DNA of 63,260 bases, the filler included, from Octopus bimaculoides (taxonomy: Eukaryota), in assembly GCF_001194135.2 (NCBI RefSeq). It is 4 parts of 3 records of this genome, joined end to end, with 100 filler letters (N's around TTAATTAATTAA, not from the genome) between each part and the next. Parts side by side here need not be neighbours in the genome. Positions count along the whole stretch, not along the records: positions 19,685 to 42,956 come from NC_068982.1; positions 43,057 to 59,009 come from NC_068989.1; 2 more parts are not named here. One strand, written 5' to 3'. Shown here piece after piece: positions 39,306 to 51,068 of the stretch. Position 1 is the first letter of the stretch; every line of letters starts with the position of its first letter. The notes beneath the pieces are model-generated. The model ran no database searches and was not told where the DNA came from. It worked only from the letters and a program-made list of their open reading frames with translations. A program made the translations under genes and the position numbers.

Positions 39306-39740
39306 AAGCTCCTAGTTACTTCAGTCATCAAAAGGCGTCCTTGCTGGATTCTTGCAGTCGAGTGTTTTAGTCGAAGGAACCGATCCTAATACTTGTTTTA
39401 CTTTAAAGACTGGTACTTATTTTATCTGTTCGTTTTCTGAACTGCTATTTACAAAATGCAAACGAAACGACACTGGTCGTCACGTGGTGGTGTGGAACAA
39501 ACAAAAAACAAAAATGCACATAGATACATACAAACATACATGCATACAAGCATACAAGCATATATACATTTATATATCAACAACAATATGTGACAGGATT
39601 CTTTCTATTTCTGTCTATCAAATACGTTCAGAAGAGTCTTATCGACCCTGAGCTATAGTTGAAGATACTAACACTAGTTCCATCAACTGGGTTTGAACCC
39701 AGAAATATATTGTTATGCAGCAAACTTCTTAACACACACC
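39305..39740 (-). mobile_element. tRNA-derived SINE (octopus-type), diverged
   Basis: Reverse B box gggtttgaaccc near 39690; body blocks shared with 9765-9920 and 61420-61580. Confidence 0.6.
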
Positions 39741-40093
39741 CATTCTTATGATTGTTGGTCTGTTTATTGCTATCGAACACATCTATAAACGTATGAGCCT
39801 ACACTCCGTGTTACATTTGTAACTTGGGTGTCTATAAAATAAGTTCGCAAACAGATAATTGGAAATTGTCATACGCATTTCCTACTTTCGATGAAATCTT
39901 TGACAGTAAGTATACTTCGTTATTTTGTCTCTAACAAACTCTTTGTAGGCCCATTCATATAAGAAATGAAATTAAACAAGATACACCATAAATAAAAGAA
40001 AATATTCTCTCATACGTTATAGCAATCAAAGAAGACCATACCAGTAAGTAACTTATTTAATGCTTGATTTAGCTTCCTAGAACTGTGTTAAAT

Positions 40094-40100
40094 ATATATG

Positions 40101-40176
<76 letters not shown>
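40094..40176. repeat. (TA)n microsatellite at the PLE2 boundary
   Basis: Direct reading. Confidence 0.98.
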
Positions 40177-40180
<4 letters not shown>

Positions 40181-40260
40181 TAAAGCTTGGGAGAGGCATT
40201 ATGCCGGTAATAAACACACGCACTGGTTCAGTCATTTATTAATTTATATAGTTTTTTGTT

Positions 40261-40300
40261 AAATTATTTCATTGCACTCTTGCAATCTCTTCAGTAATTT
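40261..40300 (-). ncRNA. Hammerhead relic (stem III / cleavage triplet missing)
   Basis: Minus strand aaatta-CTGAAGA-G-ATTGCA(agag)TGCAAT-GAAA-taattt: stems I and II perfect, no NUH segment. Confidence 0.45.
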
Positions 40301-40548
40301 GTCTCTCCACTTCCGTTTATTTTGAATGTATGATCTGGCGTTGATTTGGCGTTGTTTTGGCGTTGTTTTGAAACTGTTCGGTATGAGCATGTGAGTGTGT
40401 GCAAGCTCGTATGTGTGCACGCTCATACGTGTGCACGCACACATCAGATCAGATAGAGACTTATATCAGATCAGATAGAGACTTTCTTTTTAAATTTATT
40501 TATTTACGTTCATATTCCGCATCATATGCGTGAACAACACATGCAACC

Positions 40549-42950
40549 ATGGGCAATTGTAAGTTATACACGAATGCCATCAACTCAGCTGTAAGAAAAC
40601 CGAGGCTCACAGAGGGCCAAGCAAGCAGACTAAGACACACACTACTGGTCAACATCAAAAAGAGAATATACAAAGAAATTAGCCAGTACCAAAAGAGAAT
40701 AAGGTTCTTACAACAAAACCTCAAGAACATGATAACACCGTATGAGGAGTTAGAACTCGCAGATATCATCCATCAGGAATATAACTATATAGACCGAGCC
40801 TGTATCAAACACTTCAGCAACAAATTGAAATGGATGAGACAACAACAACCACAACACACAGGAAACAAAGACAAATACCCAAATACCATCAACGGGATTC
40901 TGATGTCGGACTGCGAACTACCGGGGATATACAATGCCATCGCAAACGAAAATAGTCACACACCTGGAATGTATGGCTCAGTACTACCGAATGAAAATGA
41001 AGAGTGTGCCCTAGGATTACCACCTAAATATGTCGTGTATAACAAGGTCAATAAGATCAATTATCTGTCTGAGATTGAAAAGACATTTACTAAGATTAGA
41101 TGGAGGTTAGGACACCACTACAACAACAACTCAGTTGTAAGAAACCACCACGACAGTAATATGCATAATATTCACAATGCAACCAACAATAACAATGGAA
41201 ATGGCAACAACAACTACACCGCTACCACCACCAACAGCAACAATAATGATTACACTACCACCATCAGCAACAGCAATGATAACAGCAATAGCAACAACCA
41301 CACGAACAGCACCGCACACACCAGGAACAACAGCAACAACAACGTCCGTCACAATAACAACAGCGACAGCAACAACAACAGCCACACATACAATGATAAC
41401 AACAATGGCAACAACAACACCTTAGAAAATCTCTTTTATAACCCAATTGACAAATCCTATGATATGACCCGAATCTATCCAACGGATTTACCTTTCAACA
41501 AAAGAGTATGCATCTCGCCTTACACAGATGATAAAACAGAAGCCATTATGTCTTTAGCTAGAAGCAGACTCAAGAAAACATTAACACGTTATATAGCAAC
41601 TACCCCAACACAGAACGAAGTAGGGGCCCACCAACTCGGTACAGTAGCTGCAATGGGCATACGAAAACTAAAACATAGAGTTAGAAACAATGAGATAGTA
41701 TGCCTCCCTACAGACAAATCAGGCAGGATATCGGTAGACAGCCTGCAAAACTACACCCATACGATGCAAAAACATATAGAAGATATGAGAGAAGTTACAC
41801 CGCAAGAATATGAAAAAGTAGAGAAAATTCTCAATGCATACATGGGAATGTGGTGTAACATACTCCAAGAGACGCACAGCACAGAACTTCACATCATCCA
41901 GCAACGACATTCCTACACTCTATGGGTTACGGAAAGACCATAAACCTGTTGCAGACTCTATCACAGGCCCCCCCATATCGACCGATTTGTGGTGCCAATA
42001 TTGCCAGAAATTATAGGCTGTCATTCTTCTTCTCACAGATATCAAGACCACACATCGAGATGTCTCTTGATGTTTGTGAAAGCACTGAGGACCTCCTCAG
42101 CAGAGTCAATGAATGTAACTGCTCCCATCACCTGACAGATTGTATTATAGGCAGTATAGATGTAGTATTTCTCTATCGATCCATTGACATTGACTTTGCC
42201 GTAGAGAGATGTGTTGAGATTATTTCGGAAAGTGAAGTAACCTTCCGTGAAGTGAACACGAGGGAACTAGGCCTCCTCCTAAAGCTCGTTTATAATAATG
42301 AATACTTAGATCACCACGACCTAACTAGATTCTGCCCCACCAGGTCAGGAAGGGGTAGACCACCTACGATCACATCAGCTGCTAGAAAAACCGCCGCAGA
42401 GCGTTGGAATGGATGGAATACACCCACCCACGACCCAGAGGATAATATCCAAACACGTAAAATGGTTGCACATGCTGTAGGTGCAAGTCTGAAGACCACC
42501 CTGCAGAACCGTATAGTTAGATTCAATGAAAAACTACACATGCAGGTCCAGGGAGCGGCTATTGGTGTCAGTGTGGCCGGAGACGTGGCAAGCCTATTCA
42601 TGACCTGGTGGGACAAAAAGCTGAAAACAACTCTCGAAGAACACTCAATAACAATCAAACTATACGGGAGATATGTGGATGACATTAATATCTTAGTCAA
42701 AACACCATCAAACATGCAGACTGAAGAGAACGAGAAGATCGTGATGGAAAACATCCAGAATATAGCTAATACAATACACCAGAGCATCAAAGTAACAATA
42801 GATTACCCAACAAGACACCTAAACATGAGACTTCCAGTACTTGACACAGAACTTTGACTAGAAACAATTAATGACAAAGTTCAAATCCTCCACTCATTAT
42901 ATGAAACTTATATCTTCAAAGTATGTTATCCATAAGAATTCGGCTCTATC
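40549..42950 (+). pseudogene. PLE2 reverse transcriptase ORF, broken by frameshifts near 41870, 41970 and 42900 and a TGA at 42855
   Basis: Conserved motifs step across ORFs 40549..41943, 41834..42016 and 41922..42857. Confidence 0.88.
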
Positions 42951-43115
42951 ACACAGNNNNNNNNNNNNNNNNNNNNNNNNNNNNNNNNNNNNNNNNNNNN
43001 TTAATTAATTAANNNNNNNNNNNNNNNNNNNNNNNNNNNNNNNNNNNNNNNNNNNNAGACAGACAGACAGACAGAGACATATATACATATGCATACATAC
43101 ACAGATCGATAGATC

Positions 43116-43170
<55 letters not shown>

Positions 43171-43723
43171 TATTTCCCACGTGATGAAAAATATCTATTC
43201 AATCACGACTTCGCCTCGAACTGCCTCCAGTAACAGATTTACTTATAGTCTGAGCTGTATTGTTTCTCTAATGCAGTGGTCTTTAATCTTTTTCACCCAT
43301 GGACACCACTTTGGATTTGATTTTCCTTTGTAGGACTCTTATAAACTCTTAGTTGTAAAAATATGTAGTTTACTTCTTTTTTTTATATTATTAATTGTAG
43401 CTGTGTCATATAAAAGGTGTTTTAGTAGCGTACAAATATGACCATTTCTATGCAGATAAATGTATTAGCAGACAATATCTTACAATGATCAACCGGCGTT
43501 CTGTGTGATGCCCTGTGTTTTTATCGCAAACGTTTGTTTGAGGTGTTTCTTTGAGACACAATATTACAGATAGCGCCGTCTACGTTTGTATGTACACTAT
43601 AAGTGTTATACACTTTAATATTTTAATCTCAGGTTTCAAGTTGAATGTCTCAATTTAGCTCTTGCCTAGCTAGCTATCACTTGAATCATTGAATGTTTTG
43701 TTCAACGGTTTTTTTATATAAAA

Positions 43724-43830
43724 ACGGGTTAGTTCATAATGCCCGGGGTATTATATAGGAACGGGATAGTTCAGAATGTCCGGGTTATTATATAGGAACG
43801 GTTTAGTTCAAATACCTGGGGTATTCATCA
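43724..43830. repeat. 37-bp tandem repeat, ~2.8 units
   Basis: Units start at 43724, 43761 and 43798 (acgggttagttcataatgcccggggtattatatagga and variants). Confidence 0.9.
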
Positions 43831-44814
43831 CTGGAAAGAGCAAATCAGGCCGAAACACAGTACCTGACGATTCATCGATTTTCTGCTTTTAACATCTAAA
43901 TCGCTTAGAGAGGTTTCTCTGAGACAAAATAGTACCATTCTGCGTTTGTGTACATATTATAAAATGTAATACACACCGGTACGTCAATCTAAGGCTGCTT
44001 AATATGCGTATATTAATGCCATATAGGCACAAGTATGAAATAAGAGCGTAAACTACCTAACATTAACTACCAAACTACCAAGTATTAACTTTAATTTATA
44101 TTTTATTTACATATCAAACGTTTAAGAAAAACAGAAACTTAGAAAACTTGTTACCCATCAAATGTCTTATGTTTAGTGCTTTCTTCAGTGTTAGCTGATG
44201 CAAGCTCGTAAGTTTTTAATATTTGACTACAACGTTATAACTGACATATAAGGATCATTACCCTTCACAATTTTTAAGGAAATTGCAATATTTTGTTTGT
44301 AGTTAAGTCACACGGCTAAAGCCATATTCTCCTAGAATAGTGGAAACTTCCTAACAATTTCACAGCCTTTCGTCGATCGTATCTGATCTGTTTGAATCCG
44401 GCCTGAACAGTTCGATCATTCAATCAGACATAAAGTGTAATGTCAACATTGGCTGCATGTGTCGTAACTGACTTCACCATCCAGCCTGGACTATTCAAAT
44501 CTCCTCTGACCTCTTCAGCGACTCTTCATCTCACGTGTCGGTCTATTAGAATGGATTAACAGGACAGAAGGAGACGAAAGATATCAGACAAAAGACACTA
44601 AAGTAAGAACAATAATAAAGCTGAAGTGAAGGACAAGTATATAGTACGTGTGTTTATTTCGCAAAAGAAAAAAAAATGACCATTCCGAAATATAACAATA
44701 TGTGTTTTCAACACACGCTTTCACATCAGAAATCTTGCAAAACAAATACATAAACGTAAAAATCTGATAATGTTCTTTTCTAACTTTAGGGAAAGAAAAA
44801 TTCGATTACAGTGT

Positions 44815-44915
44815 TCAATTGATACTTATTTTATTGACCTAGAGAAGACGAAACGCAAAGTCGACCTCCGCCGTATTTTAACTCAGAGCGTAAAAAACCG
44901 GACGGTACTGTAACT
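44815..44915 (-). mobile_element. tRNA-SINE fragment (56.3 kb family)
   Basis: gatacttattttattgacc...gcaaagtcgacctccgccg.attttaactcagagcgtaa is the reverse of the family B-box region. Confidence 0.65.
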
Positions 44916-45040
44916 ACTCAGCCGACATTTTATTAAATTTGACAACGTTAACAGCTTTTATTAAAGTGGCTAGGTATCTTGCAGACGTCCTTCCAATATT
45001 TGGATGATCAAATGTTGACCATAGACCATGTAATTATACA

Positions 45041-45925
45041 TTGGGTCATTCCATAAATAATGCAGTTTTTTCAATTGCATGAACTAAAAGTCGGAGGGAG
45101 TCGGGATAAACTATTTGCATCAACTTGCTATAAAAGAGGGTAGTCATTTTATCTTGTCCTTATTCTTAATGCAAGTTTTGAAGAGTGCAGTTCGATTTTA
45201 ACAGTTACTTTTTTAAAGCTATAATGGAAGTGACAAAGGGGCATATTCGACATGTTTTGCTTTGTGCGTTCAATAAAGGCAACAACGCAACGGAAAGTGC
45301 GAGGAATATTAATGTAGTATATGGGGATCGGACAATAAGCATAAACCAATGTCAACGGTGATTCCAGAAATTCTGAGCCGGAAACTACAGCCTAGAAGAG
45401 GAGCCGCGTCCTGGAAGATCTGTAGAGCTTGACGAGGACGTCCTGCACACAAAATCCCACCGTAACTGTTGAGGAACTAGCAGAGAAGCTTGGATTTCGT
45501 CATTCAATCAGTCATTCAAGTCAGCGCTAGAAGGAAAACGACTATCTTTGGTTTCAAGACGGAAGGTGTTCTTCCATCAGGATATTGCTTGGCGACATAC
45601 ACCGAAGATGACATTCCAGAGGCTGGAGCAGTTTGAATGGGAAACAATGCCCCATCTGATTATCTCTTATTCCGTAGTTTTCAAAATCTTTTGGAGGGAA
45701 AAAATATGAATTCTGTAGGCGAAGTCAGAACAGAATTGGAGGAGTACTTTTTCGTCACGGACAAGTGAATTTTGGAAGATAGGCCTTGCAAGTCTACCAG
45801 ATAGATGGAAAAGTATTGTAGAAAATGAAAGAGAGTATCTTATAGCTTAAAAAAGAACTTTGTTTATCTTAATTTTGAAAAATAAGAGAAGTATAAAAAA
45901 CCGCATTATTTATGGGATGACCCAA
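45041..45925 (+). mobile_element. Mariner element with intact TIRs, internally deleted (non-autonomous)
   Basis: TIRs 45040-45071 and 45895-45926 match 30/32 (attgggtcat.ccataaataatgc.gtttttt). Confidence 0.93.
45224..45850 (+). pseudogene. Mariner transposase, deleted and disrupted
   Basis: MEVTKGHIRHVLLCAFNKGNNATESARNINVVYGD...EEEPRPGRS; FHQDIA..HT; SDYLLFRSFQN...LPDRWKSIVENE. The first catalytic-D region and YSPD motif are missing. Confidence 0.9.
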
Positions 45926-45927
45926 TT

Positions 45928-45967
<40 letters not shown>

Positions 45968-45972
<5 letters not shown>

Positions 45973-46287
45973 AAGATCCTCTTGGTCATGAATGACTATG
46001 GGTTTGCACCTAGAAAGTTACCCCTCAAAGCGCAAGTCCGGGCAAGGCTATTTATAGACCAGCAGTCACCCATGCATACCAGCCTCCCCTTTCCACGCCA
46101 CCGATGTAATCCAAGAGAAAGGCAAATACCAATACAACTTGGCACCAGTGACGTCGCAACTCATTTCTACAGCTGAGTGAAATAAAGTGCCTTGCTCAAT
46201 AACACAACACACAGCCCGGTCCGAGAGTCGAACTCACCACCTTTTGATTGTGAACCCCATTCTCTAACCACTGAGTCAATCGCCTAC
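45968..46287 (-). mobile_element. Full-length tRNA-derived SINE with gagcaaggcact core
   Basis: Minus head gtaggcgattgactcagtggttagag...gagttcgactctc (A and B boxes), then tgtgttattgagcaaggcact; ends in (TA)n. Confidence 0.85.
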
Positions 46288-47387
46288 ATAGTGATGCAAA
46301 TAGGAAAAATAGAACTCAAAATATGAATATATGTATATTTTTATTAATATTTAACAGAAGTAACAGAGTGACTCAAAGTCCAAGAATTTCGTGCGTTGGC
46401 ACTTATCAAACTAGGTGTATGTATAAACCTTTGGCTCATCATCTTTTTCTTTTTAATAATGAACCCCCACTATATGTTTCTAAACGTAAATGAAGTACCA
46501 TTACAGTCCGATATAAAACCCTGCGTAATGTTACTTTCCTTAAATATTACTTCACCTTTGATACCAGTTGTGAACCTTTGAATGAAAAGTATTTTCTCAA
46601 GGAGCTGATTGAATGATTTCGCAGCTCAGATTTTTAAAGTTTTCTTCTTTTCTTGAGTTGCTCTTTGTCTTCAAATTATTTCGCAGCTCGCATGCCCCAT
46701 GCTGTCAAACACAAGACACATTGCTTTCATAATGTTCTTTAGGGATAGAATAAAATAGAGACCATTTAAATGGTTTCACAGTTAACGTGGCCTCATGCTG
46801 TCAGACATAGAAGACACATTGTTCTTCAGGGATTCGATAAAATGGTAGGTTATTCAATAGAATAATGCCGATAAATCTTTCATCACGATACCAGATACAA
46901 GTAATCTGTAATCAAACTGAAGATCAGTATTCCACTTAAAAGTATTCTATTGAAATAATCAATGTATAGGCAAGGAAGTACATTAGGTTTAGAATTTTAC
47001 AATACACTTATGGAATTTAACTAATACACATACACACACGCACAAGGAAAAGTTTGACAGTGACTTCGAAGTTTCGGGTTAATTGCCTCCATCAAACGGT
47101 TGAATGATTCTTCAAATAATGTTTGACTGTTCCTGTATATAATTATATGTAATTATACATGAAAGCAAACATGTGTATATGTACATTTAATTATATATTT
47201 AATATACATGTATATATATATATATATATATAAATATATATGTATGCATGTACGTATATATACATTTATATATGCTTACCACCTTTCTTTCCCTCTTTGA
47301 GGGTCTGCTAATACTTTACATGCACCACGTCCACGCGTTGTTGTTTTTTGTGTTTGTTCTTCATTTTCTTTTTTGGTGACGGGGTAC

Positions 47388-47423
<36 letters not shown>

Positions 47424-47537
47424 ATACCATAAATAATATATAATTATATGCATCTACTGTTGTGTCTGGGGAGAGTCATTTTCTTATTGTGCCTTAAAAT
47501 TTAACACACTCACCGTTAAAATTTCCACTTATTTCTT

Positions 47538-47600
47538 ACTAGCAGTATAGCCCGGCTTTGCCCGGGATTAAGTTGGGATTATTAAACTAATCAAGTTCTT
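47538..47600 (+). mobile_element. Helitron/Helentron-like terminus
   Basis: ACTAG followed by hairpin cccggctttgcccggg, typical of non-autonomous rolling-circle element ends. Confidence 0.45.
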
Positions 47601-49300
47601 TATTTCAAACCAAACTAAGTAACATGACGTCAAATTTGGGCAGAATCAGTGTTGCAACTGGAGCGCATGGGTTGAGAGTTTAATCGGCAGAGGTGATCAG
47701 GTTACACATGCCATCCCTTTGAAAACACCACCGCCNNNNNNNNNNNNNNNNNNNNNNNNNNNNNNNNNNNNNNNNNNNNNNNNNNNNNNNNNNNNNNNNN
47801 NNNNNNNNNNNNNNNNNNNNNNNNNNNNNNNNNNNNNNNNNNNNNNNNNNACCCCTCTTTGCTCATGGGTTAGGAACCCTTCCAGCAAGGAAAATAGAAT
47901 GACCAAAAGGGCTCCCGATTCTCTGTGTCAGAAGCGGTTCTGTTCAGATCACAACGAAGTCTTAATTATATATATATATATATATAACACGGATGTTACG
48001 AAAGTAAAACGTTAGTGTTCGAAACTGCAGCAGGCCATAGATAATTCTTTATTCTGTATAGTTCTCATTTTGTCCTGTTCTGGCGTTTTGCGAAATTTTT
48101 CTGGAGAACATTATTTTTCTTTGTGGTTGGATCGTTGATGACCTCTTTCTAGCATATTGGATGTTCACCTAGTGGTCATCCCTTATACACGTGTAATACA
48201 ATTTTTTCTGAATTTTCAGATTTGTTATATGCTAGGCCACTTGGTTTTAAATTGAATTAATATTCAATTTATCATCCTATCTATATAAATATATATATAT
48301 ATGAGCAACGCGCATACACACACGCACGTATGTACACCAATTGCATACATATTTTTTGTACGCATACATGTTCGTATGTGTGTGTGTGTGTTGCCCGTAT
48401 ATCAACAAAACACACACACCTTGCCTTACATATATATACTGATAAATGATTTGAAATAAATATATTTTGGAAATGGCGATTTACGGTACAATACCTAGAA
48501 ACGTAAAAATCAGANNNNNNNNNNNNNNNNNNNNNNNNNNNNNNNNNNNNNNNNNNNNNNNNNNNNNNNNNNNNNNNNNNNNNNNNNNNNNNNNNNNNNN
48601 NNNNNNNNNNNNNNNNNNNNNNNNNNNNNNNNNNNNNNNNNNNNNNNNNNNNNNNNNNNNNNNNNNNNNNNNNNNNNNNNNNNNNNNNNNNNNNNNNNNN
48701 NNNNNNNNNNNNNNNNNNNNNNNNNNNNNNNNNNNNNNNNNNNNNNNNNNNNNNNNNNNNNNNNNNNNNNNNNNNNNNNNNNNNNNNNNNNNNNNNNNNN
48801 NNNNNNNNNNNNNNNNNNNNNNNNNNNNNNNNNNNNNNNNNNNNNNNNNNNNNNNNNNNNNNNNNNNNNNNNNNNNNNNNNNNNNNNNNNNNNNNNNNNN
48901 NNNNNNNNNNNNNNNNNNNNNNNNNNNNNNNNNNNNNNNNNNNNNNNNNNNNNNNNNNNNNNNNNNNNNNNNNNNNNNNNNNNNNNNNNNNNNNNNNNNN
49001 NNNNNNNNNNNNNNNNNNNNNNNNNNNNNNNNNNNNNNNNNNNNNNNNNNNNNNNNNNNNNNNNNNNNNNNNNNNNNNNNNNNNNNNNNNNNNNNNNNNN
49101 NNNNNNNNNNNNNNNNNNNNNNNNNNNNNNNNNNNNNNNNNNNNNNNNNNNNNNNNNNNNNNNNNNNNNNNNNNNNNNNNNNNNNNNNNNNNNNNNNNNN
49201 NNNNNNNNNNNNNNNNNNNNNNNNNNNNNNNNNNNNNNNNNNNNNNNNNNNNNNNNNNNNNNNNNNNNNNNNNNNNNNNNNNNNNNNNNNNNNNNNNNNN

Positions 49301-49338
<38 letters not shown>

Positions 49339-49636
49339 GCTGCTATGTACCATGTTTGTATGTATGGGTGCACATCTTCATATGTGTGGACAAGTGTGTG
49401 TGTATATGTGGTCATGTGTTTCAGGCTCTATTTGCGTATGTGGTTGTCTGTTCATATACCCTATGTACCTACTCGTCTGTATGTAGACTTGTTGGTTTAC
49501 ATATCCTCAGACACAACAGAATATGCTTCAACACACGAAATCACATAAAAAATTTTGCGAACCAAATCCAAAAACGAAATATATGCATATATCCATACAT
49601 ATATGTACATACCGACATCTATATGTATACATACAA

Positions 49637-49826
49637 GCATATATGGGTACAGGACATCGCAGAAAACGTTAAACACAATGAGAAACGAAAACATAAAGAC
49701 GAGGACAGAAAACGAACTTTTTTTCGAACAACGAAAAAAACAAACAGAGAAACGAGACATGCAACATAAAGAATATTACCCATCTTCAGTTGTCCCTGCT
49801 CTATCTACTCCGCGTTTCGGAGTTGC
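49637..49826 (-). mobile_element. Short repeat family member, homologous to 62565-62738
   Basis: Shared blocks gcatat..gggtacaggaca, acgag.acagaaaac, gc.acata..gaa.att, tc.tcag, cgtttcg. Confidence 0.55.
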
Positions 49827-50574
49827 ATATATATATGCAACAATATTTTGTAAAGAAATTTTTGGAAGTCTCGAATGTGTTTCGTATTTTACACACAAAA
49901 TGTCGCTGCATTCTGAAGGCTCTTATTTGGCGTTTAATTTGATGGAGATTGCTGTCAGCGGGCCGTTTAGCTTAATGGCAAAGTACTCAGCCGACATCTG
50001 AGTCCCAGACAACTTTTTCTTTTCCGTCTTATAAGGTAAAATATCCAATCTTTCTGCTGTCTTCACGGCTAAACTGCGTTCAAATTTTACTATCTTGTCT
50101 GTTGTATATATTTATATATTCATTTTGGTTGTAGTTGGTTGAAGCTTTCATGTGTTGAACATACATACAGACTACTTAAAATAACAAGCAAATTATATTC
50201 AAACAGACAGAGGATGAAACACTAAAATATTTATCTAATTGCAGTATTGTCACAATAAGTTCAAGTTGTGCTGTATAAGTTTTAGTACTTACTCAAGAAA
50301 AGCTTTTGAATTTATTAATCGTCGTCAGCCAGACTTTTTTGTTTATATTGTTAACCTGTGAGTTACATACGTGCGTCTACATAATTTTACGGCTCGAGAG
50401 ATGTTGTGTGTGTTTCTGCATATCCAACTCGGCTCTGCTGTTCAAACTTCGTTTCTACTTCCTTATGAAATATGCTTCGATAACCTAACCCAGAGTTTTA
50501 CAAAATCTGTTGTGTGTCTTTCTCAGAAAGTTTTGGTGACGGGTATGGGAGAATAACGGGTCAGTCGGAAGTTG

Positions 50575-50977
50575 TTTAAATTTAACTCCCCTCCCTACAC
50601 AAAAGAGCTTCAACTTCAACGTGTTTTTAGCGGCGTGGGATCTGGTAGAGGTAGATCTTTATTTGCTTGATCTGGATGGAATATGTTGGGGAGGAGGATT
50701 GAAGGAAGAGAGTGAAGTGATTAACGCGAGGATTCTACGCTTACCACTGTGCAATGTGAAGAAAGGAGAAGAGACGATAGCGGGGAAGGTACGAGCATGC
50801 TTGAGAGCAAGTATCATTAGACTAGCTAGTTCCGAAGAGCAGAGCCCAGAGCAGTTGCAGTGGAGAAGACAGAGAGAAGGGACAGTATATCTAAGGTACA
50901 GAAGTCGGTGTAGGTTGGTGTACAAATTTATATCAATCAGAGAAGGGGACTTTCTTTAGATGCTAGCCAAGACGTGT

Positions 50978-51029
<52 letters not shown>

Positions 51030-51037
51030 CAGCAGCT

Positions 51038-51068
<31 letters not shown>

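Larger units (their letters stand above)
40178..42956 (+). mobile_element. Penelope-like retroelement 2 (3' end lost in gap), preceded by a probable inverted terminal-repeat segment
   Basis: ALGLPPKY; TDKSGR; PTLYGLRKDHK; RPICGA; GSIDVVFLYRSID; QVQGAAIG; YGRYVDD; LPVLD; MKLISSKYVIHKNSAL. Confidence 0.9.

Noticed and set aside
42855-42857. In-frame TGA in PLE2 as possible selenocysteine (some Naiad PLEs encode Sec)
   Set aside because: The position corresponds to an expected Trp (TGG to TGA), the copy has several frameshifts, no N-terminal GIY-YIG is seen and no SECIS can be assessed.
43724-43830. 37-bp repeats as a CRISPR array
   Set aside because: Directly tandem with no unique spacers, eukaryotic context, no cas genes.
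43851-43870. GAAAC...CTGACGA pair as a hammerhead
   Set aside because: Spacer too short to form stems III and I; no stem II partner.
46694-46850. ~96-bp-period degenerate duplication
   Set aside because: Real but short and diverged, with no coding or structural signal; treated as an ordinary local duplication.
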